From an uncultured Clostridia bacterium (GTDB lineage: Bacteria > Bacillota > Clostridia > Christensenellales > UBA1242), in contig CALWOU010000001.1 of assembly GCA_944383245.1 (NCBI GenBank), positions 30,524 to 94,523 of the forward strand: a DNA stretch of 64,000 nucleotides, written 5' to 3'. Numbering within the stretch: the first letter of the stretch is position 1; the number at the start of each line of letters is the position of its first letter. This document shows, in pieces, positions 1 to 9,433 of this stretch. The notes below the pieces were generated by a model, which was not told the DNA's origin, ran no database searches, and saw nothing but the letters and a program-made list of their open reading frames with translations. The position numbers were made by a program, and so were the translations under genes.

Positions 1-946
1 ACATTAAGAAAATAAATAGGTTTTCTTTCCAAATTTTGTTTTGCTTTAATAGAATAATTAAACCTATACCTGCATTTACCATTAAGCCTGCTACAAGTGA
101 ACCAAACGATAATCCTCCCATTAAAAACAATTCAGTTATAACAACACTAGAAACGCAGTTTGGAATTAGCCCTATAATTATAGCAAGCACAGGTTGCCAA
201 TGCAAACTTGATGCCAAGAAATTAGTTAGCGCCTCTTCGCCAATCCATATTTCTGTTATAAATCCAAACAATAGGTTAATAACCAAAATAAACGCGCTAA
301 TTTTTAAGCAGTGCAAAAGTGGATGAAGCCAATCAAAAGTCTTTTTGCCGACATGGTGGTGGCAACAACCACCGTGAACATCAGACTGTGTTTCTGCATT
401 TATTTCTCCAACGTTACCCTCTAAAACAACTCCACTTGTTTGTTCGTTATGAATATCCTCTTTATCATTTTCATTATGCGAGTGGTCGTCCTCAACCACT
501 TTTTCGTTATGATTGTTTGGCGAAACGTATTCCTTTTTTCGCTTAAATATAACTTTATATAAATACATAGCAAGATAACCAATCAAAATTGCTAGCACTA
601 TTTTTATACCTATCAAAGCGAGCAACCACAAAATGCTATCAGGATTTGAAATCATAAGCGGAATTGCCTCATCGCTTGTGGCAATGTAGACCGCAATAAG
701 CGCGCCAATTGAAACACTTCTGCGCGAATAAAGGTCGGTTGTTACAACTGAAAAACCGCATTGTGGCACGCAACCTAGTAGTGCACCGATAACCGGGCTA
801 GCCTTACCTTTTAAAAACTTATTATTTTGAAATTTTAGCGCGTATTTATATTCAATTAGTTCGATGATATAATAGACAATGAAAAGAAGAGGCAAAAGTT
901 TTGCCGTATCAATCAACGCATCTAAAATAACATCCCAATATTGCAT
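1..946 (-). CDS. Putative metal-ion permease (ArsP_2 / 10TM heavy-metal-exporter-like); 3' end lies beyond the window
   Basis: Absent from the ORF track because it has no in-window stop. ATG at 946..944 follows GAAGAAGG. My translation (MQYWDVILDALIDTAKLLPLLF..CVPQCGFS..PNCVSSV..) stays open for 315 codons down to position 2. Multi-TM protein with a His/Cys-rich loop (HSHNEN..HGGCCHHH). The plus-strand ORFs 36..326 and 319..546 are antisense to it. Confidence 0.6.
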   Translation of the reverse strand, partial: MQYWDVILDALIDTAKLLPLLFIVYYIIELIEYKYALKFQNNKFLKGKASPVIGALLGCVPQCGFSVVTTDLYSRRSVSIGALIAVYIATSDEAIPLMISNPDSILWLLALIGIKIVLAILIGYLAMYLYKVIFKRKKEYVSPNNHNEKVVEDDHSHNENDKEDIHNEQTSGVVLEGNVGEINAETQSDVHGGCCHHHVGKKTFDWLHPLLHCLKISAFILVINLLFGFITEIWIGEEALTNFLASSLHWQPVLAIIIGLIPNCVSSVVITELFLMGGLSFGSLVAGLMVNAGIGLIILLKQNKIWKENLFIFLM

Positions 947-1268
947 AAAACCTTCTTCTTTCTTTACTAATGTGATTAAATAAGCCACTTAAATTTATGT
1001 GTATTTTTTGTGACTAATTAATCTCGTACATTTAAATATGTATCTATGTTGCACACTGATAACATACGCACACAACCACAATCAGTATGGCAAACATAAT
1101 AAGAAACTTCAAAAATTTCATATGGTATTTTACCACATTTTAAAATAAAAATCAATACAAACTATTTAAAAATAAAGAATAAAATAGTTTTTGCAAATAG
1201 TTAACAAAAAGTTTGTACACCAATTTAAATTCAATCAACCTTATATAAATTTTGATTTACAATATATT

Positions 1269-1775
1269 CTAAATAAATCTACAGCAAAAGCAAGCAATAA
1301 TAGCGCACGCAACGTTACAAATTAGTGCAATTGGTATTGTGAGTAATGTTTTTTTCACATTAGTGGAAGCAAAATAAATACTGCTAACGTAGAAAATCGT
1401 GTCACTGCTACCCATTATGACGCTTGCACATTTCCCGATATAACTATCCACACCATAGGTTGAAAAAATATCTCTTAGTAGCACATATGCCGCATTTGAA
1501 CTAAATGGTCTAATTAGTGTCAATTCGCACACTTCTGGAGGTATTCCAATAAGGCGAAAAACAGGTGCTAAAAAATTGCATAGATATCCGCTAAGTCCAC
1601 TTGAACGAAAAAGTTCAACCGCCACAAACATTGCTATTATAAACGGGAGAAGTGAAGCCATAAGGGGAAGCGCGCCTTTTGCCCCTTTAACGAATGCAGA
1701 GTAGGCATCAACTCCCTTAATTAAAGCAAACAGCATTATAAACGCAATTAAAACAGGAATAAATAAATCAGCCAT
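1269..1775 (-). CDS. spmB: Spore maturation protein B-like nucleoside-recognition (Gate) membrane protein
   Basis: Start trimmed to MADLFIPVLIAF (M45 of the track ORF). It overlaps the spmA stop by 8 nt. Multi-TM and paired with spmA as in Firmicutes. Confidence 0.75.
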   Translation of the reverse strand: MADLFIPVLIAFIMLFALIKGVDAYSAFVKGAKGALPLMASLLPFIIAMFVAVELFRSSGLSGYLCNFLAPVFRLIGIPPEVCELTLIRPFSSNAAYVLLRDIFSTYGVDSYIGKCASVIMGSSDTIFYVSSIYFASTNVKKTLLTIPIALICNVACAIIACFCCRFI

Positions 1776-2337
1776 TTTTCTGCCTCTTTTTTCTATAAAT
1801 GCAGGCGACGAGCAATATTCCAAGAATTGTAGGAATAAAGGTTGATACAATTGTTGGCCATAAAATGGCGCTTGGGCTAACACTTCCCGCCACCGCGCGC
1901 ATTCCAATCACTGTGGTTGGAAGAAGTTGAATTCCTGTTGAATTTATAACAACTAACATAATCATTCCACGCGTTGCTTTTTTATCTCCTTTATCCATTC
2001 CCTGCATTGCTTTTATTCCATATGGTGTTGCCGCACTACCTATTCCAATTATGTTTGAGGCAATATTCAAACAAATATTTTTTTCAGTTTCCGCATCTGT
2101 TTTTCCAAATATATATTGCACAGGACGTGATAAAATCTTTGATAGTTTATGGCTTAATTTACAATCATCCATAACCTGCATAATGCCCATCCAAACCGCA
2201 TAAATTCCTATAAATTCTATGCACATTGTAACACCCATTTTAGCGGCTTCCATCATAGTTCCAACCACACTTGAAGGCGAAAAAATTGATAGCATAATTA
2301 GGCTAGAAATTATCATCACAATCCAAATTTTATTCAT
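1768..2337 (-). CDS. spmA: Spore maturation protein A-like nucleoside-recognition membrane protein
   Basis: Start trimmed to MNKIWIVMIISS, a canonical SpmA-type N-terminus. Contains GIGSAATPYGIKAM. Confidence 0.75.
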   Translation of the reverse strand: MNKIWIVMIISSLIMLSIFSPSSVVGTMMEAAKMGVTMCIEFIGIYAVWMGIMQVMDDCKLSHKLSKILSRPVQYIFGKTDAETEKNICLNIASNIIGIGSAATPYGIKAMQGMDKGDKKATRGMIMLVVINSTGIQLLPTTVIGMRAVAGSVSPSAILWPTIVSTFIPTILGILLVACIYRKKRQKNG

Positions 2338-2391
2338 ATAAAAAGTTATGCGAAAACTTGTCCACATATACTAAAATATGGTCAAAATGAA

Positions 2392-2421
2392 ATAAAAAAA
2401 CTAGCCAATTAATGACTAGTT
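2392..2421 (-). terminator. Rho-independent terminator after the TasA-like gene
   Basis: AACTAG..CTAGTT stem followed by a U-run on the minus strand (A7 at 2394..2400 on plus). Confidence 0.6.
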
Positions 2422-2485
2422 GTAATTTTTTTGTTAAATAATAAATTTAATAAAATCTAATTAATATACAATTTATGATAACAAA

Positions 2486-3184
2486 CTATGTGGTTGTAAA
2501 TCTCAAATCGTAATCGTAGGACTCTGAAATCGCATCCATAATAATTTTACACTTATCGTTATTTGACGTGTTTTCATCAATCCACTCATCTAAAGACTCT
2601 GAACTGATTGCATATGCTTGGAACAAAAAGTTTATAGAAGTTTCTTGAAATTCATCTCCAACAGATTCGTGCAATCTCAATTGGTTTTCTGCGATAACTG
2701 TAATTTCCTTATATTCATCAGGTTGTGGATTCAAAGTTATTAAGCATCTATACACATTTTGAGTGCCATTTGCTTCTTGCACGTAAGTATAGTCATACCA
2801 ATCGTTTGACGCACCCTTTATAAGTGGCACGCTATTATCATAGCTAACCAATTCTTCAGTGTCTAATTTATAAACATTTAATTTATACAAAACAGCGATA
2901 TAAATAGGAGTGTTTGAATTGTTATTTATAATCAATGGGGTGTTTTGCAAAAACTCGTTTGGCACAACGTTAACGCCGTTTGAAAGCACCATTTCACTTG
3001 CGCCACTTGCACCACCGTTTTCTTGAAATTGTATGTTTAAATTAGCCATAACAATTCTACCTGTGATTCTATTGCTCCTAAAACTATAATAAGCATAAAC
3101 CCCACCAAAGCCAATAGTAAGCAATAATAGTATTCCAAGAACGATTATAGTTATTGTTTGACCAGATACTTTTTTCTTAACCAT
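2486..3184 (-). CDS. TasA/camelysin-like secreted protein with SipW-cognate-type signal peptide
   Basis: N-terminus is MVKKKVSGQTITIIVLGILLLLTIGFGGVYAYYSF, i.e. KKK, then an h-region, then GG-x-[YF]A[YF][YF]S as in TasA/CalY-type signal peptides. Confidence 0.55.
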   Translation of the reverse strand: MVKKKVSGQTITIIVLGILLLLTIGFGGVYAYYSFRSNRITGRIVMANLNIQFQENGGASGASEMVLSNGVNVVPNEFLQNTPLIINNNSNTPIYIAVLYKLNVYKLDTEELVSYDNSVPLIKGASNDWYDYTYVQEANGTQNVYRCLITLNPQPDEYKEITVIAENQLRLHESVGDEFQETSINFLFQAYAISSESLDEWIDENTSNNDKCKIIMDAISESYDYDLRFTTT

Positions 3185-3439
3185 ATTATCCCCTAATATT
3201 TAAACATTTTATAAAAAAATCGACATTTAAGTCAAACAAAATACGACACATTTATACATATTTTTGTCAATTTATTTTTTTATCAATTTTATTGCGAATT
3301 AACTCAATAAAATTAGAGATATTTTAAAATATAAAACAAAATATTATGGTAATTTTGCTATTTTTTACCATTTTATGATATTTTCATTCAAAAATATTAA
3401 TTTTTATACAAAAACAATTAAAAATTTGTACAAAAGTAT

Positions 3440-3468
3440 TTGATTTTTAAAATAAAAAATTTTATAAT
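3440..3468 (+). promoter_or_regulatory. Candidate SigA-type promoter TTGATT-17-TATAAT ending 6 nt before the GTG start (leaderless-type geometry)
   Basis: TTGATT at 3440..3445, TATAAT at 3463..3468, GTG at 3475. No SD between them. Confidence 0.4.
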
Positions 3469-3474
3469 ATTTTC

Positions 3475-3858
3475 GTGGAATCTGATTTCGATAAATATAG
3501 TAAGTTATTAAGCATTCCAGACGACTTACTTATAGCAAAAATTAAGTACTCTCTCGCACTGCTAGGTATGAGTGAGTCGTATTTTTCGTTCCATTATCTT
3601 GTTACTATTTTGTTAAATTTAATAAAAACACCACAAATTGCAGATGAAACTGTTTTTAAAGACAGTGTGGATTCTATCGCACAAAAATACAAAATCGAAC
3701 CGCGCACAATCAGATACGAACTTGGAAGAATTTTAAATAGTTGCACAAATCCTGAGATAAAATCTAAATCTCAATACAATCTAAAAAATAATGGTGTGTT
3801 AAATAAAATAAGAGTGATTAAAGAATACATCTTAACCACTCTAACTAATATCATCTAA
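3475..3858 (+). CDS. Stand-alone Spo0A C-terminal-domain-like DNA-binding protein (no receiver domain)
   Basis: YFSFHYLVTILLNLI..VDSIAQKYKIEPRTIRYELGRILNS parallels Spo0A [37 protein letters not shown]. GTG start without an SD, so the start is uncertain. Confidence 0.55.
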   Translation: MESDFDKYSKLLSIPDDLLIAKIKYSLALLGMSESYFSFHYLVTILLNLIKTPQIADETVFKDSVDSIAQKYKIEPRTIRYELGRILNSCTNPEIKSKSQYNLKNNGVLNKIRVIKEYILTTLTNII

Positions 3859-4206
3859 AACGAAATTTTTAACCAAATAAATAAACTTGCAACAACTAGG
3901 TTTCTTTTCATTATTCCAAAACTTGCTAAGTTTATTTTTTAATCCTCTATTCCAACGCTTATCACGCAGATTTCTAATGTTCCGCTCAATGGTACACTGA
4001 TTTTTATTGTACTTTTTCGCGAGATAAGGAAATAACTCTTTTGAAAAAGAACGATAGGTTTTTGCTTCATTTATTAGCATATCCATAATGTCCACCAAAT
4101 AATAATAACCAATGTATTCATTAGTTATTCCAAGGTCACCCATTCTCTTTAGTAAGAAATAATTTTTTGAAACTTTTTCTTGGTATTCTTGAATTTTTTT
4201 GCCCAT
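3841..4206 (-). CDS. Stand-alone Spo0A C-terminal-domain-like DNA-binding protein (no receiver domain)
   Basis: LGITNEYIGYYYLVDIMDMLINE..LFPYLAKKYNKNQCTIERNIRNLRDKRWNRG..KPSCCKFIYLV aligns by eye along the whole Spo0A effector domain. Confidence 0.75.
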   Translation of the reverse strand: MGKKIQEYQEKVSKNYFLLKRMGDLGITNEYIGYYYLVDIMDMLINEAKTYRSFSKELFPYLAKKYNKNQCTIERNIRNLRDKRWNRGLKNKLSKFWNNEKKPSCCKFIYLVKNFVLDDIS

Positions 4207-4341
4207 AAATTCCCCTTTTGAGCCTGCAATACTAATTTACCATATTTTGGTAATATAGTCAAATATTTTTGTACAAAAATGTAGATTTTTGAACATTTTT
4301 CTATTTTCGTGACAAAAAAAAGGCATTAAAGCGACAATAGG

Positions 4342-4386
4342 CAAAAAAAATGAGTTGTTAAGAATACTAGTGAAAACATTAACAAC
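4342..4386 (-). terminator. Rho-independent terminator after secG
   Basis: GTTGTTAA(4354..4361)/TTAACAAC(4379..4386) stem followed by U8 on the minus strand. Confidence 0.6.
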
Positions 4387-4446
4387 TTGTTTTTTATAAC
4401 ACCACGATATATTATGGTATCACACTAGAATTAACAACTCAAACTT

Positions 4447-4749
4447 TTAGAACATAGTAGGAATTTTAACAAGTAAGAAATAAATAATACAAAATAAAGC
4501 AACTAAACCAACAAATATATAAATCAACCTAGTTATTCTACCCTCTCTTGAGCCAGATTTATTTAATGAATAGTAACTTTCTTGATTACCTGTTATAACA
4601 TTACCGCCTTGACCGCCACCTGTGATTTGCATAAACACTAACACTATTAACGCCAAAGCAAGTAGGGCAAGGATGACTAAACAAATACGTTCTAAAATAG
4701 GAAAACTTGTGCTAATCCAACCTGGAACGGTTGCCAACAATGTGTTCAT
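4447..4749 (-). CDS. secG: Preprotein translocase subunit SecG
   Basis: Two TM helices flank a Gly-rich loop (FMQITGGGQGGNVITG), with RITRLIYIFVGLVALF C-terminally. Sits downstream of the glycolytic operon as in Bacilli. Confidence 0.7.
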   Translation of the reverse strand: MNTLLATVPGWISTSFPILERICLVILALLALALIVLVFMQITGGGQGGNVITGNQESYYSLNKSGSREGRITRLIYIFVGLVALFCIIYFLLVKIPTMF

Positions 4750-4857
4750 AATTCCTCCAAAACTTAGTAATTATATCATATATTTAAAATATTTTCAAGT
4801 GTTTATTAAAATTATATAAGTAAATATTGAAAATTAATGCGTTTTTTAATGATTTGA

Positions 4858-5082
4858 TTAACTTCGAATGTACGTTATAAATATCATCACTGCAAACACA
4901 ACAAGCGCTAAAATCATAAGACTCACTTTTTCAAATTTTTGTTGCGTTCCATTATATATTTTAAAAAAGCGAAGAATACAAACTAGCATAACCACTAGTA
5001 GCAACATCCAAATTGTTACAAACCAAATAGTGTCTAATTCTTGCAAAAAATTAACAAATCTATTATATAATGAAGTCCACAT
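4858..5082 (-). CDS. Small two-TM membrane protein, unknown function
   Basis: 74 aa with two hydrophobic helices. SD AAAGGA lies upstream of the ATG. Confidence 0.45.
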   Translation of the reverse strand: MWTSLYNRFVNFLQELDTIWFVTIWMLLLVVMLVCILRFFKIYNGTQQKFEKVSLMILALVVFAVMIFITYIRS

Positions 5083-5148
5083 ATTTTTTCCTTTCTACTA
5101 ATCTAGCAAAAAATTAGCATTTTGTCAAGATAGAATGAATATTTATTG

Positions 5149-6627
5149 CTATTTATTGTGCACTATCAACGTTTTTCCTTCAAATATTGGATTAGGTTTA
5201 ACTTGCATCAAATCTAGCATTGTTGGAGCAACATCTTTCAACCCACCGTAGCGCGACATTTTATGTTCAACATTATCCACAACAACGCACAGCACTCTAT
5301 TTGTTGTGTGTGCCATATGCGGTTCGCCCGAAGGGGTACGCATTGTTTCGCTATTTCCGTGGTCGGCAGTAATTAACACAAAATAATCTTTTTTCTTTAC
5401 TTTTTCTAACACTTTTTTAACACACACATCTAAATATTCGATCGCTTTTTTCGTTGCCTCGTAATCGCCTGTATGACCTATCATATCTGGGTTAGAGAAG
5501 TTTACTATAATCGCGTCATATTTTTTATCAATCGCTTTTAAAACTTGGTCTGTTATCTCTTTTGCACGCATTTTAGGTGTTTCATTAAATCTTTCCACTT
5601 TTAGTGACGGAACGTGCACTCTATCTTCCCCTTCAAATAGTTTTTCTCTCCCGCCATTTAAAAAATAAGTTACGTGCGCATATTTTGTGCTCTCGCTAAT
5701 TTTAATTTGCTTTAAACCGAGTTTGGACAAATGTTCGGACAATGTGCCTTCTACATTTTTATGAGTGTAGATTGGAGTAGCGCTTGTTCCGCCAACTTCT
5801 GCCATTGTTACAAGCGCGCAACCTAAACTTTCACACATTTTAACAATCTGGCGCAGTCTATCTTCGCGAAAATTAAAAAAGAATAAACAATCATTTTTCG
5901 TGACTGCACTAGATTCTTTTGTTTGCACGTGAGTTGGCACAATATATTGGTCGGTATTATTAATTTTATGCTGACTTATTATATATTTTTCCACCTCATC
6001 ACTTTTTAAACCGCCTTGTGAAAACATAGCATCCATTCCTTGCTTTGTGCGGTCAAGGTTGTTTTCTCTATCCATTGCATACAATCTTCCGCCAATGCTT
6101 GCAATCTCACAGTTTTTATAATGGCTAATTTCTTTTTTGACTTGTTTTAGATATTTTAAACTATCGTGAATGCCTGAATCTCTGCCGTCTGTTATAAGGT
6201 GCAAAAAAATGTTTTTTGCGTAACTAGAAAAAAGTTTGATTAAAGCAAACGCGTGCGCTATGTCTGAATGGATGCGTTTATCGCTCATAAGACCAATAAG
6301 GTGCAAATTTCCGTGATTTTTCTTTAAAGATTTGGCAACACTCAATAATTTTTCATTTTTAAAAAACTCGCCTGAATTTATATCGTCGTGTATTTTTTTA
6401 GAAGTTGACGGAACAATTCTACCCGCACCGATTGTGGTGTGGCCAACCTCACTGCCTCCCATTTCGCCAGCAAATTGACCTACTGCCTCTCCGTCCGTTT
6501 TTAATAATGAATGTGAGAGTGTGTGCAACATATCAAGAGTTGGAGAGTCTGCATTTTTCACTGCGTTATATTCGCCCGCTTTACCTTCGCCGTAGCCATC
6601 TAATATCAATAAAATACCTTTTTTCAC
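5149..6627 (-). CDS. gpmI: 2,3-bisphosphoglycerate-independent phosphoglycerate mutase
   Basis: ILDGYG, SEVGHTTIGAGR and ITADHGN motifs. GTG start overlaps the tpiA stop (GTGA). Confidence 0.93.
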   Translation of the reverse strand: MKKGILLILDGYGEGKAGEYNAVKNADSPTLDMLHTLSHSLLKTDGEAVGQFAGEMGGSEVGHTTIGAGRIVPSTSKKIHDDINSGEFFKNEKLLSVAKSLKKNHGNLHLIGLMSDKRIHSDIAHAFALIKLFSSYAKNIFLHLITDGRDSGIHDSLKYLKQVKKEISHYKNCEIASIGGRLYAMDRENNLDRTKQGMDAMFSQGGLKSDEVEKYIISQHKINNTDQYIVPTHVQTKESSAVTKNDCLFFFNFREDRLRQIVKMCESLGCALVTMAEVGGTSATPIYTHKNVEGTLSEHLSKLGLKQIKISESTKYAHVTYFLNGGREKLFEGEDRVHVPSLKVERFNETPKMRAKEITDQVLKAIDKKYDAIIVNFSNPDMIGHTGDYEATKKAIEYLDVCVKKVLEKVKKKDYFVLITADHGNSETMRTPSGEPHMAHTTNRVLCVVVDNVEHKMSRYGGLKDVAPTMLDLMQVKPNPIFEGKTLIVHNK

Positions 6628-7337
6628 GCATCCACCCCTTTAACTATTTTTTTAAATTCTTCTAACTTTTGTGAGACACCGCCAAGTAAAAATCCGTCGG
6701 CAATCGAATTTGTTAAGTCAGTAAAATTATCTCCATTTATACTTCCGCCATACAAAACTTTTGTATTTACTAGCAATTTAGCAGTTGTTTTTATAAGTTT
6801 TACCGCTTTATCTATATCTTTAATAGTTGGAAGTTTTCCCGTTCCGATTGACCAAACGGGTTCGTAGGCAAAAATTACCTCTTTAGTTTTTTCTATTCCG
6901 CTTTTATCTATTGCTTTTAAAACCGCTTTAACTTGCGTTTTAACAAGCGATAAACCCTCTTCTTTATTATTCTCACCAACGCAAATAATCGGCGTTATAT
7001 CGTGATTTAACGCGTTAATAACCTTATTTGCCACCATATCGTCAGTTTCTCCAATTGCTCGCCTCTCGCTATGACCAATAATTGCATAGCACACATTAAA
7101 TTCTTTTAGCATTAACGGGCTAATTTCGCCTGTTGATTTGTTGTTGATAAATTGAGATATGTTTTGGCAACCTAAACTTATCGATTTGTTTTTCAATTTA
7201 ACAATAGGCAGATAAAGAAAAGGTGGACACAAAACAATTTTTGTGTCCCTCAATTTCAATTTATTTAAAATGTTTAGCGAACGAAAAAATTTAATATTTC
7301 CGTTCATTTTATAGTTAGCAACAACTAATTTGTGCAT
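6624..7337 (-). CDS. tpiA: Triosephosphate isomerase
   Basis: VVANYKMNG, IIGHSERR and AYEPVWSIGTG motifs. Start trimmed to M8 behind the SD AGGGGTG. Confidence 0.93.
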   Translation of the reverse strand: MHKLVVANYKMNGNIKFFRSLNILNKLKLRDTKIVLCPPFLYLPIVKLKNKSISLGCQNISQFINNKSTGEISPLMLKEFNVCYAIIGHSERRAIGETDDMVANKVINALNHDITPIICVGENNKEEGLSLVKTQVKAVLKAIDKSGIEKTKEVIFAYEPVWSIGTGKLPTIKDIDKAVKLIKTTAKLLVNTKVLYGGSINGDNFTDLTNSIADGFLLGGVSQKLEEFKKIVKGVDA

Positions 7338-7344
7338 AACACCC

Positions 7345-8526
7345 CTAAATATCTTCAATCATTTCAACGCAAGGAAGTTTTTTGCCTTGCAAAAGCATTA
7401 ACGAAGCGCCTCCACCTGTTGAAATATGCGTAACTTTTTTGGCATATCCTAGCGATTGAATGGCAGCAACACTATCTCCTCCGCCTATAACTGAAATTGC
7501 TTTACTTTTTGCCACATATTTTGCGATTTTATTTGTTCCACGTTTAAATTTCTCATATTCATAAACGCCAAGTGGACCATTCCAAACGATAGTTTTTGCC
7601 TTTTTGATTTCCTTTTTGAACATTTTTATAGTTTTTGGTCCTATATCCATACCTTGATAATCGTCGGCAAAGAAACCGCTATTAAATAGTTTGCTTTCTG
7701 CGTCCTCGCTAAACTCTTTAGCGCCAATATTATCAATTGGAAGAATAATTTTAACTCCTTTTTCTTTAGCGCGGTCATAAATCTCTTTAGCAAGGTCAAT
7801 TTTTGTGTTATCCAAGATAGACATACCGATATTTCCACCAATTGCCTTGATAAACGTGTATGCCATACCGCCACCGATTAAAATAGTGTCCACCTTATCG
7901 AGCAAGTTTTCAATAACAGGAAGTTTGTCAGAAACTTTAGCACCACCAAGAATTGCCACGAAAGGATGCTCGGGTTTAGTTAGCACTTTATCGAAAATTC
8001 TAAGTTCTTCTTCCACCAAAAATCCACAAACTGCAGGAATAAATTGCGCTATTCCGTAAGTTGATGCGTGTTTTCTATGCGCGGTAGCGAATGCTTCAAG
8101 CACAAATATATCTGCAAGGCTTGCTAACTTTTTTGCAAACGACTCAGTGTTTTTCTCTTCTTCTTTGTAAAACCTAATGTTTTCAAGCATTAGAATATCG
8201 CCACTTTTCATATTATTGACCATTTCTAAAGTGGATTTGCTTTTTACATCCTCTGCAAAAGAAATTGGCTTGTCCATAAGTTTACTTAATCTAGCTAGAA
8301 CTGGTCTAAGCGAGAGTTTAGGGTCTACCTGACCATTTGGTCTACCTAAATGAGAGCACAAAATAACTTTTGCTCCGTGGTCAATTAAATAATTGATTGT
8401 TGGAAGAGTGGAAACAATTCGTGTGTCATCCATAATCTTCAATTCTGAATTCATTGGAACGTTATAGTCCACCCTAACAAAAACGCGTTTATTAGACACA
8501 TCGATATCTCTTATGGTTTTTTTCAT
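7345..8526 (-). CDS. pgk: Phosphoglycerate kinase
   Basis: RVDYNVP, CSHLGRP and STGGGASL motifs. Confidence 0.95.
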   Translation of the reverse strand: MKKTIRDIDVSNKRVFVRVDYNVPMNSELKIMDDTRIVSTLPTINYLIDHGAKVILCSHLGRPNGQVDPKLSLRPVLARLSKLMDKPISFAEDVKSKSTLEMVNNMKSGDILMLENIRFYKEEEKNTESFAKKLASLADIFVLEAFATAHRKHASTYGIAQFIPAVCGFLVEEELRIFDKVLTKPEHPFVAILGGAKVSDKLPVIENLLDKVDTILIGGGMAYTFIKAIGGNIGMSILDNTKIDLAKEIYDRAKEKGVKIILPIDNIGAKEFSEDAESKLFNSGFFADDYQGMDIGPKTIKMFKKEIKKAKTIVWNGPLGVYEYEKFKRGTNKIAKYVAKSKAISVIGGGDSVAAIQSLGYAKKVTHISTGGGASLMLLQGKKLPCVEMIEDI

Positions 8527-8672
8527 ATCAACTCCATATTTTGTGTGTTATAGTTTTTTATAAAGTTAGTTTTAAAAAAGTGAATTTTTATTACAATTTG
8601 ACTTACTTTTTAACTAAAATATTAAATTCTATTGCATAGTATTATATGAGTTTATTATATCACAACAAAAAA

Positions 8673-9188
8673 TTATTTCAAAATAATTTTTGAATATTTA
8701 TTAAATTTTCTCTTGATTTTGCCATTTTGCACTAAACAAAGCCCAAATTTATCGCAAAAAACATAAACTTTTCGTAACGAGCAGTGTGAAGCAATAGGAT
8801 ATATACGCCTATTGGAAAGTATAATTTTATTCTCGGCATTAGACGTGCAACTATCACTTCCAACAACAAATCGTTTGTTTTTTATTGAAATAAATGCGCC
8901 TTTACTTGCTGGTTTAAGTGTTATTGTGTTACCGTCACAAACTAGTATTGATTTTTTTATTGTTCCTCTATCTAGTACATTCACACCCGCCACAACAATT
9001 GCTTTTAACCTTTTTGCAATAGTTATCAACTCAGGTTTTACAATTGCACAATCCGAGTTTTCAATGTGCAAATCGTAATCGTAAATTACACCAAAATTAA
9101 AAACTAATAAATCGCACCTATTTAATTTTAAATAATGGTTTAAATAAAATGACTTATAACTGCCACCACACACAAAAATAATTTTCAT
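8673..9188 (-). CDS. Hypothetical protein
   Basis: 171-aa ORF with no motif I recognise. Cys-rich and basic C-terminus. Confidence 0.4.
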   Translation of the reverse strand: MKIIFVCGGSYKSFYLNHYLKLNRCDLLVFNFGVIYDYDLHIENSDCAIVKPELITIAKRLKAIVVAGVNVLDRGTIKKSILVCDGNTITLKPASKGAFISIKNKRFVVGSDSCTSNAENKIILSNRRIYPIASHCSLRKVYVFCDKFGLCLVQNGKIKRKFNKYSKIILK

Positions 9189-9433
9189 AAAACATAATAT
9201 GAAAATTTAGTATATTATGCAATTTTAATATAATTCCTTTTGTTTTTTATATAATATAATAACTTAATATGTTTTTGTAAAAATACATAAACATTTTTAG
9301 TTATAAATTAATTATAAGAATATTTAATCGTATTTAATCTACAAATAAATAAAAAATATTTTAATATTGGGGCTATATAAATCAAAAATTTTACTTTCCT
9401 TAATTATATAAATAAGTTAAATTCAAACTTATT

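Noticed and set aside
36-546. Plus-strand ORFs 36..326 and 319..546
   Set aside because: They lie antisense to a 315-codon minus-strand permease-like frame with clear TM and motif content. They are low-complexity antisense artefacts.
1768-2367. Long N-terminal extensions of the track ORFs for spmA, spmB, tpiA, trpS, rplN, rplF, rplB and prmC
   Set aside because: Internal starts coincide with canonical family N-termini and with SD sequences. The extensions overlap upstream genes.
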